Origin: Octopus vulgaris
Lineage: Eukaryota
Assembly (NCBI GenBank): GCA_951406725.2
Contig: OX597819.1
Location: 126,790,001 to 126,854,000, forward strand
Direction of reading: 5' to 3'
DNA length: 64,000 nucleotides
The notes under the pieces: generated by a model
Database searches by the model: none
What the model was told of the DNA's origin: nothing
Seen by the model: the letters and a program-made list of their open reading frames with translations, nothing else
Part shown: one piece after another, positions 28,393-43,048 of the stretch
How the letters are laid out: every line of letters begins with the position of its first letter
Position numbering within the stretch: the first letter of the stretch is position 1
Made by a program: the position numbers and the translations under genes

Positions 28393-28750
28393 CATACACA
28401 CACACACACACACACACACACTGAGCTCACGTGTACAAATACAGGCGCACTCGCATACACTCAGATATATACACAAACATAGATAAATATCGTTATCAGT
28501 TTCTGGCACATCTAGTTCCGAGAAAAAAAGTTGCTTTGATAGTAAAATATATTGGAATGTTTGTGGGAGCAGGCGTGGAGGTACACACGTGCGCGTGCGC
28601 CTCCCCACCCCCACCCATAAATCTAGTAGGCCTGGTATTTGTCCAATCGTAAAATTTTCCTTTTTTTTTTTACTCTCCAGGAAATTTTCTAGCGGATTCA
28701 TGCTAAACAAACATACTCCAAAATTTTTCACTTGACTTGACGCCATTTTG
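28000..28750 (+). promoter_or_regulatory. Candidate promoter/enhancer region upstream of Pax2/5/8
   Basis: Non-repetitive, locally CpG-richer block with TGACGT next to inverted CCAAT (GATTGGC, ~28075-28087), a GC-rich GGGGGGCGAGG, a (GC)n run and YY1-like CGCCATTTT at 28741. Motif-level evidence only. Confidence 0.3.
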
Positions 28751-28961
28751 ATATATGATAAGGATGATGAGGAGGTAGAAAAATGAGGATTGTGAACAAT
28801 CTTCTTGCTATTTTGTCAGAAGGACATCTCTGATATAAACACAGAAATTACGATACACCAATGTTTAAATTTCCTTATGATCATTATACTTTTTGACAAA
28901 GTGGTCATTGACTTTTGTATATCACTGAAACTTCTCCTTGGTTGTTCGATCTGCTTGAAAT

Positions 28962-29065
28962 ATATTTCTTTACTGCCCACAAGGGGCTAAACATAGAGGG
29001 GACAAACAAAGACAGACAAAGGGATTAAGTCGATTACATCGACCCTAGTGCGAAACTGGTACTTT
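28962..29065 (-). mobile_element. 5'-truncated family-A SINE (tail end only)
   Basis: TTTCTTTACTGCCCACAAGGGGCTAAACATAGAGGGGACAAAC matches the tail of the copies at 9484 and 32353. Confidence 0.8.
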
Positions 29066-29071
29066 TCAGCC

Positions 29072-29117
<46 letters not shown>

Positions 29118-29455
29118 CTTTGTTAAAGTACATTCCACCATCTTAGAAAAAGAACATGTAGGATTAAGTGGTTCTGAGCTCCTGTACTTGGTGATTACTC
29201 TTAATGGCCTGATCGTAAGTTTTGCTTGATCAGAATTGACCTGGTACTAAACAATACCCACAAGAAATTTAACTTCAGATATTAATTTATCATATACTAT
29301 ATAATATGTGAAATACATTATATCATGTTCTCTATCGTATACGGAAACGGATGGTAGGTAATGGGACTGCTCTTTCGGGACTGACTTTCGTGTAAACTAC
29401 AAGAACTGCAACAAGTTGATGAGATAGCTTACATCCTCTATAAGATGATATAGAT

Positions 29456-29698
29456 CAGTAGTTCTCAAAGGGGGTCCGTATAATAATTGTTGTTAAAATT
29501 TATGTGCAATAAACTGGTTATATTTCTACAATACACAATATTTAAACATTTTAAAATTATAATTCCTAATAATATTTAATCATAAAAATACAATAGGGTT
29601 TTTTAGGCATGAAATGGCTATGAGAGTCCCTCCACCTGAGTAAAATATGAAACAAATGGGTCTAGAGACAAAGAAAATAAAATGGATGCGAACCACTG
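29456..29698. mobile_element. hAT/Charlie-like MITE
   Basis: Ends CAGTAGTTCTCAA ... TGCGAACCACTG. Flanking 8-mers ATATAGAT / ATTTAGAC resemble the NTCTAGAN-type Charlie target. Confidence 0.65.
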
Positions 29699-30254
29699 AT
29701 TTAGACAAATCATTCGAACGATTCATTCGAGCAGTACAGAAAAAATTAGTGGGTCACGACCGGACCAACAAATATCTGTTATATCTGTTAGGTGAGGAAT
29801 AAAATGATTACGACCACACCTACCATCATGAAGTAAAGAGGGAAAAACTAAGGCTAGAATACTTTGATCGTCACACTAACCCACAGCTCTTCCATTTGTT
29901 GGACAACATTTATTTAACTATTTGTGCTTATGTAGCTGATAATTGGGGTGTTTATTTATATGTTATTTTATATAGCATTTGTGGAAAATAGTTTTGTTAC
30001 AGGCTTCTAACGAATAAATTACTGGTTCATTGCATTTTACGATACAGAGAATGAATTGGGATTGTTTGTAATTCAGGCGGAACAATTTTCACGAAGGACA
30101 TCATTCAGAAACACCGGTTTATCGGTTTTTCTCGGCAATATACACCGTCCAAACATAAACACACACCTACATACACACATGCGTAAAGACAGATGTATGC
30201 AGACACAGCCAGAAATATTGCTCTTATACATAATACACACATGCGGCGCACACA

Positions 30255-30300
<46 letters not shown>

Positions 30301-30337
30301 CCTATCTATCTTCCTATCTATCTAACTGTCTATCTAC

Positions 30338-30440
<103 letters not shown>

Positions 30441-30650
30441 ATATCTATCTCTCTCTCTCTCTCTCTCTCTCTCGCTCGACATATATATGAAGAACAAACT
30501 TTGTCAATGGTAAAGCGAAGAATATATTGCCAGGTCTATGCTTGAGTTATTTATTTTCGTCCTTGCAGAAAGGTTTTAGAAAATAAAGGGAAAATACAAA
30601 AGACATCCATCTACGCATTTACACATACCTATACATACATACATACATAC

Positions 30651-30693
<43 letters not shown>

Positions 30694-32352
30694 CATATTC
30701 ATCCCTGCGGATAGATATTAGGCTCTTCCATTGTAACATACATACACGCATGCAAACAGACACAGAACAGGCAGAATGCAGAGAAGAGTCGTCGCAAGTA
30801 CAATCCGCCTTACATTCCCTGGCTATCTAAAATACCTTTACACTTTCTCCTGCTGCAACTAAATTATCTGCTAGGAAGTCATGGGATTTTCATGGCATGA
30901 AACACTTCTCTCTCTCTCCCCCATTTAAACTGAATGACTAATGTGTACTGTCTCAGATTCATTCTTCTGTTTATATATTTCTCCTTTGTTAGAAAGGCTA
31001 ACAGGAGACAGATTATCTATCTATCTTTATATATATCGCTCTCTAAACACACAGACACATTTGTGTGTGAATATATATTTCAGGATATATAAATGTATTC
31101 GCGTTCTCTCTCCCTCCCCATCTCCCCCCCTCTCTCTCTGGACAAACACACAAACACACGCACGCATACGTGTGCGCGCGTATTTTCTTGTGTCGGTAGG
31201 TGTCGCTGAGTTTCCTATTTTATAGCTGTTCATCTCTTACGTAGGTCGACTAAAATCTTTCACTCAAAGTTTCTTTACTTATTTTGACTATCTCCAATAT
31301 TTCCTAATATACTTGTGCCGAATTACTTGTTAACGCACTTCTTCCGGAATGTGTGTGTATGTATGTGTGTATGTATGTGTGTATAATGAGTATTGTGCGT
31401 TATTTCGAGTGTATAAGAATACCCACAATGCGTTCACCATTAGCATTATTCGCGGAATTGTAAATATCATACATATTGCATTAAAAAAATGTAAAAAATA
31501 GATGAAATAAAAAGACAAGAAAAATATTATCAGACAGAAAAGATAACAATAAACATGAAAAGAAAACAAAATATTTTTCTAATGTTTGTTAAAGCTGCAA
31601 GTTTCTCTCATCGCTGACATCACTTGGCTTTATCGTAACATCGAAATTATTTTCTTTATTCTCGCAGACTCCTTGTTTCTGCTGTTATTCTTGTTCTTGT
31701 TGCTGATGTTTTTTTTTTTCTTTTTTATCATCGACTATAAATTCTGTTATCATTTGTGATATTTATCATCTTCTTCTCCTTTAGTATTTGTTGAGCGATC
31801 TGTCATTATAAAGCCCTCCATATATCGCTAATATCTTTTTCAGAACTTACAACGCGATATTGTTTATGAATTCCCATTTAAAACTTGTCTTTGGATAAAG
31901 TGATTAGATCATGAAATTTTGAGAACTTTAATAATAGTTAATAGAAGGGGTGTGTGGTAGAAACAGAAAATGACGGTGAAGAATGTAGGAGCGAATATTG
32001 ATGTGCGGTTGGAGAGTTCGCACCCTGAGCTTGAGAGTGCAACTTCAAGCTATGTACCCTGAAACTACAGAGGTCAGTTGCGCGAGTGTGTTAATAACCT
32101 AAAGTGATAATAAGAGTATGAGCACATTTATGACTGATTTTAAGAAATATGCTTCGTAACCACGTGGGTCTAGGTTCGCACCCATTACCAGTTGTCATGG
32201 GTTTGTGCCTTCTCGGATTAACCAATGGTGACCAATATCGAGTGTAATAAGGTCGTTGGAACCTCAGTGGAAGCCACCGGCGTATGTGTGCTATGTAAAA
32301 TCAGTGTTTTATGAAAAAAGTCGAATTTATTTATTTGACGTATATATTTTGA

Positions 32353-32583
32353 AGGCGGCGAGCTGGCAGACACGTTAGCGCGCCGGGCGAAATGCTTAGC
32401 GGTATTTCGTCTGCCGTTACGTTCTGAGTTCAAATTCCGCCGAGGTCGACATTGCCTTTCATTCTTTCGGGGTCGATAAATAAAGTACCAGTTTCCCACT
32501 GGGGTCGATGTAATCGACTTAATCCCTTTGTCTGTCCTTGTTTGTCCCCTCTATGTTTAGCCCCTTGTGGGCAATAAAGAAAT
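32353..32583 (+). mobile_element. Young full-length family-A SINE with 13-bp TSD
   Basis: GTATATATTTTGA at 32340-32352 and 32584-32596; intact head, B-box-like motif, body and tail. Confidence 0.92.
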
Positions 32584-33204
32584 GTATATATTTTGATAAT
32601 ATAAGAATCACACAGAAATAGTATTGGAGTCAATATGAGTGATTAAAATCTTTTAGGAATCGTTCCATCGCAATTCAGTGAATAATAGAAGTAACAATAA
32701 CTAATGGAATAAATCTCGTTGGACAATATAACAGGAACTTAATAGCAGATTTTTGGCTCAATTATGTGACCACTGGTGTCACATTGGTTTCATCCGAAAG
32801 CTAAGCTCCCATTAAACCGCGGCTATAATTCAATTTTGATTCTTGATTGAAACTATATTCCGCCTCTATCAAACTACTATTGAACTTGTGAAATTCATAA
32901 AAGGTCACATAATTCAATTTCCCATCGTCTCCTCTAAAACTAAAGGGCTATGTTACTAGTCAGTGAAAAACAACGTTTGAAGATGTTTTTCATAAGAAAT
33001 CAATACAGTGGAATTACTACTTGCTTATGGTATATCAGTTAATTAGTTAATTTTAATTTACACAGTCTTTCAGATCTTCGTTTATTTAACTTTGAAGTTA
33101 TATAATAATCCATAAGTAATATTTTTCTAAATTATTTTTTCCTATCAAAATTGGAAAAAAGGCATCGAAACAAAAATGAAAGATGCAATAGCTATTAGAA
33201 CCAG

Positions 33205-33267
<63 letters not shown>

Positions 33268-33639
33268 CTATGGTTCCAGAAATTTACTCAGAAATTGACC
33301 CACAGCTGTTTAATACAATTATAAACCACTTTAGCAACATACTTTCCATACTATCAATAAAATATCCCAAAATACAGTGTTCTGAGACAAATCTGGTACA
33401 AGATGTAACTATACCACTGCTACTACCACCACCACCACCACCACTACTACTACTACCACCACCACCACCACAACTACTACTACTGATGATGATGATGATA
33501 ATAATAGTAATATTAATAATAATAGTAATAATAATAATAATAATGGTAATAATAATAATAATAATGGTAATAATAATTTCTTTATTAACCTCTAAGGGAT
33601 CACATAAAAAGAAATGGGTATAGGACAATACAATAGAAA

Positions 33640-34765
33640 TAAAATGGGATTAAAACACGTGTAAATAAAAGACAAAAGCAATAAATAGATGTATAACAGT
33701 CAAAATCCCCCAAAGAGGAAGACTTTCCGGGGCTGCTCGTGGAAACGCCACAAAAATAAACACGATCGCCTTGTCCTCCTGGGTGAGTGCCTTCTCCTTT
33801 ATATATATTTCTAACCAAGAAGAGCATGCTTAGGATAGGCCCGTTCACTCGGGCCATTTGCGCTACGTTCACCCACCTATAAACAAAATTGCTGGGAGGT
33901 AGCACTTCCCTCTCTCCGCCGACCGCATTGCCCGACTGACAGTAGACTGTGAGCGCCTGTCAAAACTATAAGTACCAGGCGCTCTGCTTCGATCTAAGCT
34001 TGATCCAGGAATGCAGCTCAGCCAAAGAGACGAGCTGTGTGAGAGCGAGTTTCACAAACGGTGACAACACCTGTCAAAGAAGCTCTGGAAATATCGACTT
34101 AGATATACGAGTAACAGAAACGGGTCTTCATTTTTTAAGGTCAAAGTGGAATACTTCCTTACCGCCTTCTCAATGGCAAATCTCACCTCAATAGGGCCAT
34201 ATTGATCTCTCTTACAACTTAAGTCTTCGTGTCTCACACTGGATGTAAGCACTTTTCAGTTCGTGACTGTGTCGCCCGTTTTTCGGACTGTGTCCTGTAC
34301 AATGGCTGCAGGAGCGTTGAGAGTAACCCTTCCTTTTTTTTTATAATATGCTTCTTGTAGATTTTAAATCGTCCATTGACTGCTTTACATTTTCTTGTGT
34401 TTAACGCTTGATTTGTGGTTTTTGTCGCTTTCAGCGATTGTGTTCGCATCATTGGTCGTAGAGGCGGCAATTTGAGTTTGCACGTGTTCTGTGTAAAACA
34501 AAAAAAAAATGTTATCTTTCATTGTTTTTCTCGTTCGTTGTTTTGATTGGTTTTTGTAATGACAGTGGTGCTACAGGTGCTCTTGCTTTTTTTCTTTTGT
34601 TTTTGTCAGTGGTGTTGATGCTGTTGCTGTCGATTCTGTTTATACTACCTCTTTCCATGCTTGTTAGATCAACCGGAAAAGATTGACTGCGAAAGGCAAT
34701 TTCGCCTACAAAACTACCTTCCAACATCTTCTCCGTTTAGCGAAGAAGACTCCGCCATATTGAAT
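33640..34765 (-). mobile_element. Probable internally deleted Tx1/L1-type non-LTR retrotransposon remnant
   Basis: Higher-GC block. Minus-strand peptide FVYRWVNVAQMARVNGPILSM resembles Tx1-type ORF2 C-termini and is followed by a pyrimidine-rich 3' UTR; the upstream part looks like degraded ORF1. Assignment is by resemblance only. Confidence 0.45.
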
Positions 34766-36294
34766 TTTTAAATAGTATTTCGAAGAGAAACTAGCACTTA
34801 TTTTATTGATACCGAAAAAAATGAAAGGCAAAATTAACCTCGGCGAAATCTGAACTCAGAACGTAGAGCCAAAAGAAATGTCGCTAAGCATTCTGTTCGT
34901 TGCACTATTTAATAACAACAATTATTATTGCTGTTGTTGCTCTGTGAAGCCGGTGAGAGAGAAATATAAATGGTTTGATAATTGAAAACAGGTAGCTTTT
35001 GTTGTTTAACTAGATTTTGTTGGTCACACATGGTTGTGTAAACCTAAGAACAGAAGTATTCCAATCGTACCCATGCCATCTCTCTTGCCTCTCAGATATA
35101 GAATACGTGGGATTAAATTATCCAGTGCGCTCTAATTGTTTTGAAACCACAGGACGTGATTTGGAAGTAATTTGACTACCATTTTCAGCAGGTCGAGGAT
35201 GAACGAAGAGAAGATTCCTTCGTTGGTTCATCGGAAACATCTGTACTGGACACTGCTGTTGATTAACCCTTCTGATTTTAAATTATTCCTTCTTCCGTTC
35301 TTCTGCTTCTCTCTATATCCGCTTGCGCGAGAACAATTGTATAGTTTGGTATGATATGATATGATTTGGGATCTAATTGGATATTTGCATAAACGGAATG
35401 TGGACTTATGAAATATTATATGCCAGAAATAGAATGAACGAGTTAAAATGATGGCATTAGAGTCGTTAAAATTCAAAGATCACCAATAATGAATGTGTCA
35501 GAATTTAACAGGCTTCAAGCATGTGTGACTCCAAGATAAGCTGTCGGCCATAAACTATGTAGATGGGCAACTGAAGTCTTAATTTATTTTCTTCGGGGCT
35601 GCTGGAGAGGTACAGGCGTAGAGAGGGGTATATTGTTATGTAGATTTACAAATCTCAGAAATTCTGGAGAATCACATCAATCTTATTAAAAGCTGTTCGA
35701 TTGCAAACTATTTCTCACTCATTCTTCAGAATTTCATAGAAGGGTAGTTTCATAGCAGTGTGTCGTGATACAAATTACGTGTGACTTTTGAAATTTATTT
35801 TAAAATCCTTTTTAGTATAGAACATACATATTAGTCCTAACATTACCGTTTTGTGTAGTATTACTACTGTTATGTGCGTGTTCTGAAGTGAAATGGTTGA
35901 ACAGATGAGGTATTGGACCACCTTTTTCTGGATTTAATTCAGTTCTGCTGCAGAATGTTTGTGTATTTTGCACGACGGTTACATTTCCCAGAATTCATCA
36001 GTAAACTTAGCTGAACAGCAATAGATTATCTGAGCATATTAGATTAAATAGATAGTTGTCTCATTCAAGAACGCATATGTAGTTAATTCATCTACTCCAT
36101 TCCTATTGACCCCAGAAGAATGGAAAGCAAAGTTAACTTCGGCGAGATTTGAAATCAGAACGTAAAGAGAGGATTTTATTGTTCTTGTAGAATTAATCAT
36201 CTTGTAAAGAATTCTAATAAAACATCGACATGTAAGGAATGACCAAGGAAATCCCTATTCTTATGATGAAAAACAGTAAACATATTGAAATGGG

Positions 36295-36476
36295 GAACTC
36301 AGTTATGGCTGTCAGACAATTTCTGCAACCACATCACACCTAACATCTGATGTGGCCACTTAAATCCCCAGATTGCAACTCCCTTATTAAGTGTGGGGCG
36401 CAATTACGCGAGAGACCAACAAAACTTCTTACCAAAGATGAGCTGAAGGCAAGGATTATGGCAGCGTTCACCAACT
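36295..36476 (+). mobile_element. Tc1/mariner (maT/DD37D-like) transposase fragment
   Basis: Frameshifted NFCNHITPNI..W(P)LKSPDCN...VWGAI.RETNK...KDELKARIMAAFTN, containing the SPD(C/L)NP-type motif. Confidence 0.65.
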
Positions 36477-37739
36477 ATTCTATAAACACTTTGAGTATAT
36501 AACAATTAAGTACCACCAACCGTTAACAACGTGTTGTACATCTTTATAGTAAGCCCTCTCAAAATTTAAATTAGTTTTTAGTAACTATATTTGCAATTAA
36601 TATATGATAGAGGGTACTGTGCTGAACCCCTGACTCAAGGATATCGGATAAAAAAATCTACTCCAAGCGATTTGTTGTATTCCCGGGCTTGCTAAACAGC
36701 CATCTATTGCTTTGAAGTCACTCATCTGGATAGTGCTATATTCAGAACAAGCAGATATTGCTGTTCTATATTTCTTTATCACTTCTTGAAATCTATCAGT
36801 GGTAAAGTTTCAATAAAAAAAAAAAAATAATAAAAACAGTAAATACAGACAAAAACTGGGAAGGACTATTGCTCTATTTAAACATGCACCGAAAGTTATA
36901 CTTCTAATGCTTTGAGAAGAAATTATCACCCGAATTTCGGGATTACCTAAATAAATATGATGTTATGAAGTTTCAAGAAAATACAACAAAGTTTATAAAT
37001 ATCAAAGAAACCTCCCCCTCTCCACCTTTTTATACTTCACTGTGAACACGAGGGAAAATTTGCTATAACATCAAACATCATTATGATAAATTTCTAACAT
37101 CTCCGCAGACAGTGGGTGTGTGGGGGTTATCGGAAATTTCTTCTATAAGCCGTGTTTATCTAGTTACAATTTGGAATTTGGATAAAATATAATAAAGTTA
37201 ATATTTACTTGAAGGAATGTTTGACTTGTAATAATTTGCATCAGAAATATGGAATAAGTGTTGTTTGTATATTTAATTTTTGTTTTCTTTTTATCCAACG
37301 CTGGTAAACGTTGGTGCTATGCAAATCTAAATTTAATTTCTAAACGTATAATTAATTCCCTGCATCTTTGGAGCTAAAATTCCCCCCTCTCATCTTTCCT
37401 ATTTTTGTGGAGGGGGATATTTGTGAAAATATCAAAAAAAAAAAAAAAAAAAAGGAGAATATAATCGTTGATAGTTGATTAGGATGCACTTAATAATGGA
37501 AAAAGAAAAGCATTAATGAATTTCGTCAAGATCTCATTCTGTCCATCTGAGATATTTGAAATGTAACTGGTTCCATTAGATTAGACTCTTTCGAAGTAAT
37601 TTCATTTTCTTGAACTCTGTACTCTAATTAATTTTTGAAATTTCCTTTTTTTTTTTTTATAAGTATGACGAAAAAAAACAAAGAATAAAGTATTTGACTT
37701 ACACTTACATTGATTTTACTTCTTTTCCTTTCTCCGTAG

Positions 37740-37905
37740 GTCACGGAGGTGTTAACCAATTAGGAGGGGTATTTGTAAATGGTCGACCTCTACCAGATGC
37801 CGTTCGCCAGCGGATTGTGGAATTGGCCCACCAAGGGGTACGGCCTTGTGATATCTCTCGACAGCTCCGCGTATCTCATGGCTGTGTCAGTAAAATACTT
37901 GGAAG
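37740..37905 (+). CDS. Pax2/5/8: Pax2/5/8 coding exon, N-terminal (PAI) part of paired domain: (G)[54 protein letters not shown](R)
   Basis: Translation is a canonical paired domain with the Pax2/5/8-type Q42/R44/H47 residues (RQLRVSH). Polypyrimidine tract plus AG at 37738-39 and donor AG|GTAAG at 37906. The exon is 166 bp, phase 1 in and phase 2 out, the same size as the equivalent vertebrate PAX5/PAX8 exon. Confidence 0.97.
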
Positions 37906-38567
37906 GTAAGGTGTATTAACAATATATATCTATTTGTTATGTCACTAGTTTACTAACAGGTCAACCCTATGATCAAAATTGTTCCAGTTGTGACCATCCA
38001 ATCCTTCTTTTTTTCAGACAATGTTTATAGATTATATTAGCGAATGTATACTTATCATCTTACAATGTCAGAAAATAATTGAAGAATTCGCACGAGAAGC
38101 AACAACAAAGAGGCACTTTAATGATTTCTATATACTTATGCAGATGTGTATGGAAATATATATGTGTACATAAGTATGACAGTGTATACGTATGAAAATG
38201 TAAATGTATGAGCATCTACATGTATGACAATATATCAATGAGTTCAAATTTCCCTAAGACCTTTGTATTACCCCAATGGTCAAGGTACGTAACTTTGCTT
38301 CTTATCAAGTACCATCTTTGTTTCTTAGCTGTTTAACTTGCAATAAGAATCTTAGTTGCACCCATAACAAATGAAACATTGTTCCACTAATACGCCAAAA
38401 TATATCCAACAATTACAGCATGTATATATGTATATATATATATACATACATACACATGGATAGATAGATAGAGAGGGAGAGATATGTAAATATATACGTG
38501 TACACTGAAATTATATATCTATATCCGTATGTGTGAGCGGGTGTGTGTGTGTGTGTGTGTGTATATG

Positions 38568-38574
<7 letters not shown>

Positions 38575-38606
<32 letters not shown>

Positions 38607-38668
38607 GATGGGTGAGTGTATATATATATATATATATATATACATATGTAGATGGGTGAGCGCATATA

Positions 38669-38711
<43 letters not shown>

Positions 38712-38774
38712 GTAGATGGGTGAGTGTATATATATATATATATATATACATATGTAGATGGGTGAGCGCATATA

Positions 38775-38826
<52 letters not shown>

Positions 38827-38840
38827 TAGATAGATAGATA
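38575..38840. repeat. Minisatellite: four units of (TA)n-TGTAGATGGGTGAG
   Basis: The unit occurs four times, alternating GAGTG and GAGCG variants (higher-order dimer). Confidence 0.9.
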
Positions 38841-39397
38841 TTACACCAAAACTAGGGAGATCCATCTCAAAACTCAGGAGTGAAATTATTGTGCCGCATC
38901 TTTGAAAACTGAACCCACTCGATTCTCTCTTTCTCTCTCCCCGCCTATTTCTTTCTCATCTTTCTTTCTTTTCTAGTTAGTCTGGATCTCTCTCTTCCCT
39001 CCCCCTCTCTCTATCCATTCCACCGATTGAGCGCCCTAATACCTTTATTGCTGTTAGTATTTAGTTACATACTTTTCCATTTTGAATTTCCCAGTCGATC
39101 TTCACTTTCTCTTCCACCTTCCCAGGATCAATAAAATAAAGTACAAGTGGGTACTAAATAATCGATTGCAACCTGCTTCTTTCTACAATGCTTATTTCAG
39201 TATTCCTATTTCGATTTCGTTTGGAACCATATTGCTGTTAGCACGCTCAACATGTTTAATACGCTTGGAGAATTAAAAGCAAGGACGCCATGATTCATAC
39301 CTAACTTCTCCTCAACCGTAGTTAAGTAAAAAAAAAAAAACAATCTACAGTATATTTGTATTCATATTTAGTAATCTGTGACTTCATATTATTTAAC

Positions 39398-39428
<31 letters not shown>

Positions 39429-39819
39429 TAGCATTGATATATAAATCCAGCATTTTATTTTTGCCCACGTCAGCCATTTCCCAACGTTAAGTATTTGTTT
39501 ACATAACGTCAACTAATGAGTTTATATAGGCTTTGTATATACCAATAAACATGTTTTCTTATGAGTATATGTGTGCGTGTATATACAAACCAGTACACGT
39601 GTTTAGTAGAGTTTTCTTTGCTTTTCTTCTTTGTTTGGGATGTTAGTTTAGAAGCGTGTTATTTGTTTTATAGCATTGTTCAAAGAAACTGCACGACTGA
39701 AAAAGACAAATTGTTCTATCTAATTTTCTTCTTACGATTTAATTGACTCCCTAAGCAGGATAATGTTTCTGACTATAGGATATTGTACTTACATTCTTTC
39801 GTTTTTCACTTCGCTATTA

Positions 39820-39874
<55 letters not shown>

Positions 39875-40448
39875 GTGTTCGTCTGTTATAATGCGTGAAG
39901 TATAAAGAAGCTCTAAGAATCTATTCCCATTAAACAAAAATCTCTTTACATATATATGTCTGTCTGGGGTGTCTTCCTTTCTTTCTGCCTCGTTTGTATA
40001 CTCATTTACACTAGGAGTATTTGTGGTGCATAATGTTATGTAGAGCAATGTCGAAAGACATGTCTGTCTGTCTGTCTGTCTGTCTGTTAGTCTGCCTCTT
40101 GCATCATTCATTATTCACTTGTTTGCAATAGTTAATTTAGCTGCCGTTACAAATCTGACTTATGGACTACAATAATTCTCTCTCTGTCTTTTTATCTTTT
40201 TTTTTCTTTTTTCTTCTTTTTTTGTTTCTTTCTGTGCGTCTTTGTGTTGTAGCGGAACAGCTTAGAATACAACCAAACATTATTGTCGAAAGATATTCTT
40301 CACGACTCTGCCAGCATAAAAAAATATGTTCTCTTTTGTTTCAGGTGCGTGCACCATTAATAAGAGAGAACCTCAACAACTATAACTATACTTCTAAACC
40401 ACACACACACACACAAACACACATATATATATATATACACATATATAC

Positions 40449-40488
<40 letters not shown>

Positions 40489-40903
40489 ATACACATACAC
40501 ACAGACACACTCGTGTACAGGTTTACATTATTCCTTTCTTTGAACTGGGTCAGTTATTACGAAGACTATTTTGTTTGCTTAGTAAAGCAACCAATTCTTT
40601 AGTGATAGATAGAGACCCAGAACTACAGTTATATGGAAAGATAAACATGTTTATGTTGGTGGCGAGAATATCTTACAACTATATCTAATTGTCTATCTTT
40701 TTAGAATCTTACACAGCCATTTAGAAATGCTCTGTTCTTCTATCTGCTTCTTACCCATTGCTTTTCTTTTTTTTTACATCTCTTTTGTTTTTTTTATACT
40801 CATTTCGGTGTTCATAGAAAATAATTGCCATGTCGTTTCTTTGTCCCCTACTTATGATTATATATATGTGTGTGTGGGTGTAGGTGTGCATAAACATGCA
40901 TAC

Positions 40904-40951
<48 letters not shown>

Positions 40952-41145
40952 GTATGTCTATATACATGCATATATAACTCACAGTGTATGTGTGTATATA
41001 TATATACATATATATATACATACATATATATATATATGCATATATATATATATTCATACATATATATATGTATGTATATATATATATATAAATACATATA
41101 TATATATATATATAAATATACATATATATATATATACATATATAA

Positions 41146-41182
<37 letters not shown>

Positions 41183-42631
41183 TAAATATACATATATTCA
41201 TATACATACATATTTATAGACATATATATATATACACATACATACACACATATATATATATGTATACGCACATATATTTACTTATGTAATATATATATAT
41301 ATATTATATGTACATATACATACATATCACATGTAGGAGGTTTGTGTGTGTGTTGGAACGTACACTGCCTATCTTGTGTTTTTTTATCAGATACTGTAGC
41401 AGAATCCATATTCTTGTAGTGCACGAAGAAAGAACAATGTGACGCATACCATTCTTTATCAAAATGGTTAGCGAAAGACTAGTGCTTAGAACCAAATGAC
41501 TTGACATTTTTAAGTGGGAAGTTGTAATGTTCATGTCTATCTTTAGGGTATTATGAATGTTAAATGTTGCACCACCTAACATTCGAACTTGAGGAGACGA
41601 ACTTGCCTGCTACACGATATTTTATTACTAGTGTAGAAGTGTGTACATGCATATGTATATACACACACAGACATGTCTGTGTATTTATATATATATATAT
41701 ACATAAATACATACACGAGCACTTAGGGGTATGTGTGTATATCACAAACATGCTTACATATACAAATGAGAGAATCATTTAAGCGTTTTATAATCCAGAC
41801 CTAGAAAATGTTTTGGATTGATGCATTCCGTTTACATCATCATCATCTGTCTGTCTATCTGTCTGTCTGTCTCTCTCTCTCTCTTTCTCTCTCGTGCGTG
41901 TGTAGATGTAATTCTTTTTCTCAACATTGCACTTCATTAATTCATTTGGACTGAGTGCAGAAAGTAAACTAAAGTAATAATAGGAAATGAAAATTAATTA
42001 GGCTTTTTAAATTATGACATCTCATTTCCGTGAGGAAAAGTGGCACATTTTGGGGGTCTATTGTTCAACTGAAAATATTTGGCTCATCAGTCACGGGGTT
42101 CATTGTTGGTACAAGCCTAAGCCAGTAACATAACAGTTTCGTCCACTTCAGAAATAACTTTTTGTGTCAAACACTAGTAGCTGGTTGTCTACTTGTCTCA
42201 CAACGGACATTCTACATACTGAGTACAGTTTAAACTAATTAATAGGCTTGAATTAGTTGATTAGTCACAAAATACCTGCTACCTCCACGTTATTAAGCCC
42301 AGTCAGCTAAGCTTTGTGTTAGTTGTGGACAATCACTGTTGCTATTGTTACCGCCCACAGAGCAGCCACTGACTTATAGAATGTTGCTTTCACATCAGAC
42401 CAGACCTCTTAATCACCACTTGTTTAATAAATATTGTCGACTGCTTCAGCTGCTCTGCTTTCTAACTTGGTAGGAATTATCTCATTGGTCAAGGTAGCCA
42501 CTTGAATACAACGTTTTCAACAAATTATGGTCCATTAGTTTTTGTTCTTTTATCTAGTAATTTCTTTCATTTTTTTTTTTTATTTAGCCTCCCTCCATTT
42601 TTTTTTCTTTCAAACAACTATATCAGGTAAC

Positions 42632-43048
42632 GGACTTTTTCGGTTTGAACGGTAGTTTTTAACATAATTTCTAGGTAACTAAAAAATTTTTAACTTCGTA
42701 TACTGGTAGAATGTGTTTATAAAACATCTTTTTCTCTTGGCTTTATTGAGAAAATTCTATAGTTTGTAAGATATTTGCTGTCTTTTTTCTTCAATTTCTG
42801 CAATTTCAACCAATCGATGACGTGCATTGAGTTAAAAAAAACATTCTGTGCCGTATGAATATGTTCCTCGTTTAAGAAACAGATTGGGTTTATTTACATT
42901 TCTGAAGAAAAAAGATACCCTTCCCCCTAACCCTAACCCTAACCCTAAAACAGATTGAAATGCATTAGATCGATACTAGGGTCATAATTATGGGTGACAA
43001 TTTCATATGACACCGCTAGAAAAACTGCTGTTCAAACCGAAAATATTC
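42632..43048. mobile_element. MITE with ~29-bp TIRs, 8-bp TSD and internal (CCCTAA)4
   Basis: TIR GGACTTTTTCGGTTTGAACGGTAGTTTTT vs AAAAACTGCTGTTCAAACCGAAAATATTC. TSD CAGGTAAC at 42624-42631 and 43049-43056. Confidence 0.85.

Noticed and set aside
38575-38840. CRISPR-like repeat-spacer pattern (also 5700-5990 and 49927-50281)
   Set aside because: The spacers are (TA)n rather than unique sequence, the context is eukaryotic and there are no cas genes.
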